From the IMG/VR virus record IMGVR_UViG_3300007162_000002: a stretch of 14,241 nt of DNA. The stretch is one strand, 5' to 3'. The stretch's first letter is position 1. Each line of letters opens with the position of its first letter. This document shows positions 12,319 to 14,241 of the stretch, one piece after another. Below the pieces are notes generated by a model. It was not told the DNA's origin. It searched no databases and saw only the letters and a list, made by a program, of their open reading frames with translations. The translations under genes and the position numbers were made by a program. This DNA comes from a virus.

Positions 12319-14241
12319 ATGTTAATGAAAAATTGGACTGTAACTGAATATAATCCAGACTATTTTTGGGATTTTGAAGACGCAACAATAGAAAATATGA
12401 CAAGCGATGGGTCTGTTTCTGATCCAACGTTTACAAAAACAAATACTCCAGCAAGATTTGATATATCAGAACAATATTATGGCATGTGGCCATCTGACAA
12501 TGCTTTCTTTAACAATTCAACTGGATTTGTACAAAGTACTAATAGTACACTTGGTGACTATTTAGATAATGGCAATTACGCAATTAACTTTTTTATAGAA
12601 TTTTCAAAACATGGTGTTAGTGGAACAAAAAATCTTTTAGCAATAAACTTTGCAAGCAATTCTTTAGTTTTACAATTATTAGGAACTAGTGCTGGTGCTG
12701 ATGCTTATAAATTAAGAGTTACAAGTGGTGGAAATACTCTTTTAACATCTACTCAACAGCATTGGTCATATGCTGCAAGTGGTGCGGTAGTTAGTGGTGG
12801 ATTTTTAAGCACTCCTACTGGATGGACTGGATTGCGTCCAGCATTTATGATGGTTACATTAAGACAATCTGGTGGCAATATAGAATTATATATAAATGGT
12901 TCTTTAGATGTTTCAACTTCATTTACAGCACCAAGCGGAGCCTTTACTAATTTTAGAATAGGCTCAGATTCCGTAAGTGTTAACTTTCTTATGGATCAAT
13001 TAAGTGTTGCTTCTTCATCTACATATACTGCAACTAATTTAGCAACTTTGTGGGATTTATTTTTATTAGGAGAAATTCCAGTAGATGCAATGACAACAAG
13101 TTCTGCAATTTTTGCTGATCCAACTGTTGTTATTACTAGCCCAGATGTTACTTATGTAGCAGATAGTATGGATGCTAGTTCAGATTTTATAAACCCATTT
13201 CCAGAAATTGCAGAAATTAATCCAGCCGATGTTCTTTTAGCAGATTGTTTATTTAACGATCCTTTAATTTCTATAGAAGAAGATAATTCTGAAAACGAAA
13301 TGACTGCAAGTGCTGAATTTATAGATCCAACAATCATAACAAATTTAATTTTAATAGTTGCAGCAGATCCTGCTCTTGCAAATGCAGAAATGATTGATCC
13401 ACAAGTTGTGGCATCTCAAGATAATAATTTTGTTGCAGATGAATTTTTAGCCTCTGCTGACTCTGGAAATCATTTATATTCTTGGTATCATGTTAGACGT
13501 TTTAATAGAAGAGACAAAATTCCAAGCGGAACAGATGCAATTTATGACATAGTAAATGTTTTTAGTAGTCAAAATTTATGGTTTTATCAAGCACAAATTG
13601 ATGATGATTCAAGAATAACAAGCACTACTCCTTTATATTTTAAACCAGAATTAAGTGGCATTGCAAGTGGATCTGTTGTTAAGGCTTTAATTAAACTTCC
13701 AATTAAAAATTTTAGTGCAACTTCTGGAACTAGCATTCTTGACATGTACAGAACAACTGGTGCTTGGTCATTAAATACAATAATTAATTCAAATCAACCA
13801 GCAGCAAGTTTAGTAACTAATGATTATTCATTTAGTTGGACTTCTGGTGATTTTCATTACATAGATGTTACTGAACTTTACAATAATTTATCATCTAACT
13901 CTAATACAGGTTTTTATATATCGCTTTCAAGTGGCAATCCAGTATACTTTGATTTAGAAAGTTTTGGTCATCAATTTCAATTAGATTTATATCTTAACAC
14001 TCCACCAGTTAATGCAATAATTGCAGCAGACCCTGCTTTGGCAAATGCAGAAGTTACTTTTGGAAATAAACAAGTTTTTGTAGACCCTGCTTTGGCAAAT
14101 GCAGAAATGATGCCAACAACAAATCCTAACGCTCTTGTTTTTGCTGATCCAATGTTAGTAACAAATTCTGAATTTCCTACCCCTACAAATGGCATTGCTG
14201 AAATTATAGTTTCTCCAGCAGCAACAGCAAAAGCCTACATG
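12319..14241 (+). CDS. Giant multidomain virion protein, N-terminal part. It runs off the window end and continues at 121..3279 of the circle.
   Basis: Frame 1 opens after TGA 12274..12276. The first ATG is at 12319 (a second is at 12325), and there is no stop before the window end. There is a LamG/ConA-like signature at about 12364..13070 (NFFIEF...NLLAINF...AFMMVTLRQSGGNIELYINGSL...FRIGSD...MDQLSV). Short xDPxx repeats follow. There is a DNRLRE/CBM96-like beta-sandwich signature at about 13463..14010 (...MYRTTGAWSLNTIINSNQPA...FHYIDVTELYNNL...NTGFYISL). Confidence 0.8.
   Translation, partial: MLMKNWTVTEYNPDYFWDFEDATIENMTSDGSVSDPTFTKTNTPARFDISEQYYGMWPSDNAFFNNSTGFVQSTNSTLGDYLDNGNYAINFFIEFSKHGVSGTKNLLAINFASNSLVLQLLGTSAGADAYKLRVTSGGNTLLTSTQQHWSYAASGAVVSGGFLSTPTGWTGLRPAFMMVTLRQSGGNIELYINGSLDVSTSFTAPSGAFTNFRIGSDSVSVNFLMDQLSVASSSTYTATNLATLWDLFLLGEIPVDAMTTSSAIFADPTVVITSPDVTYVADSMDASSDFINPFPEIAEINPADVLLADCLFNDPLISIEEDNSENEMTASAEFIDPTIITNLILIVAADPALANAEMIDPQVVASQDNNFVADEFLASADSGNHLYSWYHVRRFNRRDKIPSGTDAIYDIVNVFSSQNLWFYQAQIDDDSRITSTTPLYFKPELSGIASGSVVKALIKLPIKNFSATSGTSILDMYRTTGAWSLNTIINSNQPAASLVTNDYSFSWTSGDFHYIDVTELYNNLSSNSNTGFYISLSSGNPVYFDLESFGHQFQLDLYLNTPPVNAIIAADPALANAEVTFGNKQVFVDPALANAEMMPTTNPNALVFADPMLVTNSEFPTPTNGIAEIIVSPAATAKAYM
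13358..13392 (+). repeat. Intragenic repeat encoding (V)AADPALANAEM, copy 1.
   Basis: TTGCAGCAGATCCTGCTCTTGCAAATGCAGAAATG. It differs from copy 2 only at synonymous positions within the shared peptide (GAT/GAC and CTT/TTG). Confidence 0.85.
14021..14055 (+). repeat. Intragenic repeat encoding (I)AADPALANAEV, copy 2.
   Basis: TTGCAGCAGACCCTGCTTTGGCAAATGCAGAAGTT. It lies 663 nt (221 codons, in frame) downstream of copy 1. Confidence 0.85.
14082..14106 (+). repeat. Intragenic repeat encoding VDPALANAE, copy 3.
   Basis: The 25-nt AGACCCTGCTTTGGCAAATGCAGAA is identical to 14028..14052 and lies 54 nt downstream of it. Confidence 0.9.
14122..14241. repeat. Terminal direct repeat, copy 2 (identical to 1..120).
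   Basis: Same as copy 1. It lies inside the open frame that starts at 12319. Confidence 0.95.

Noticed and set aside
1-14241. Alternative genetic code (TGA = Trp), considered because of the low GC content and small genome (Mollicutes-type host).
   Set aside because: All Trp residues in roughly 4,500 codons of well-supported genes are TGG, and no in-frame TGA is needed to keep any gene open. TGA terminates the terS candidate and the membrane protein at sensible positions.
1-14241. CRISPR arrays, tRNA/tmRNA genes, an integrase/attP module, toxin-antitoxin pairs or known defence/anti-defence cassettes.
   Set aside because: There are no spaced direct repeats of CRISPR type, no cloverleaf-compatible GC-rich 70-90-nt segment, and no tyrosine or serine recombinase motifs in any ORF. 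The only GC-rich island (5894..5943) folds as a simple terminator-like hairpin.

Overview
The window is a complete, circularly closed, very small tailed-phage (Caudoviricetes-like) genome. Bases 1..120 are identical to 14122..14241, so the unit length is 14,121 bp. It is AT-rich, and every credible gene is on the + strand. Starts carry Firmicute-style GGAGG-type ribosome binding sites, and several promoters are extended -10 (TGnTATAAT). The standard genetic code applies.

Gene order around the circle:
- A consensus promoter, then a replication initiator whose gene carries its own iteron array.
- A run of tiny, translationally coupled ORFs, several with Cys/His metal-binding spacing.
- A promoter(s)-plus-terminator junction.
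- More tiny ORFs, a putative small terminase, a single-pass membrane protein, the large terminase, portal and scaffold.
- An internal promoter driving an HK97-type major capsid protein and a 144-aa protein, followed by a structured spacer and a strong terminator.
- One 1693-aa ORF (5082 nt, about 36% of the genome) that crosses the window junction.
- A gp6-like head-tail connector and two small unknown proteins.

I cannot recognise a DNA polymerase, integrase, endolysin, prohead protease, tail tube, tape measure or baseplate gene.

The most interesting points:
- The miniature genome architecture, with a single giant multi-lectin-domain protein apparently standing in for a tail module.
- A lambda-ori-like iteron array with exact 21-bp phasing inside the rep gene, plus one iteron in the rep promoter spacer.
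- A promoter followed immediately by a terminator at the early/late boundary.
- A capsid mini-operon with sharply different codon usage.

All functional calls rest on motif recognition by eye and on gene order. No database search was possible.
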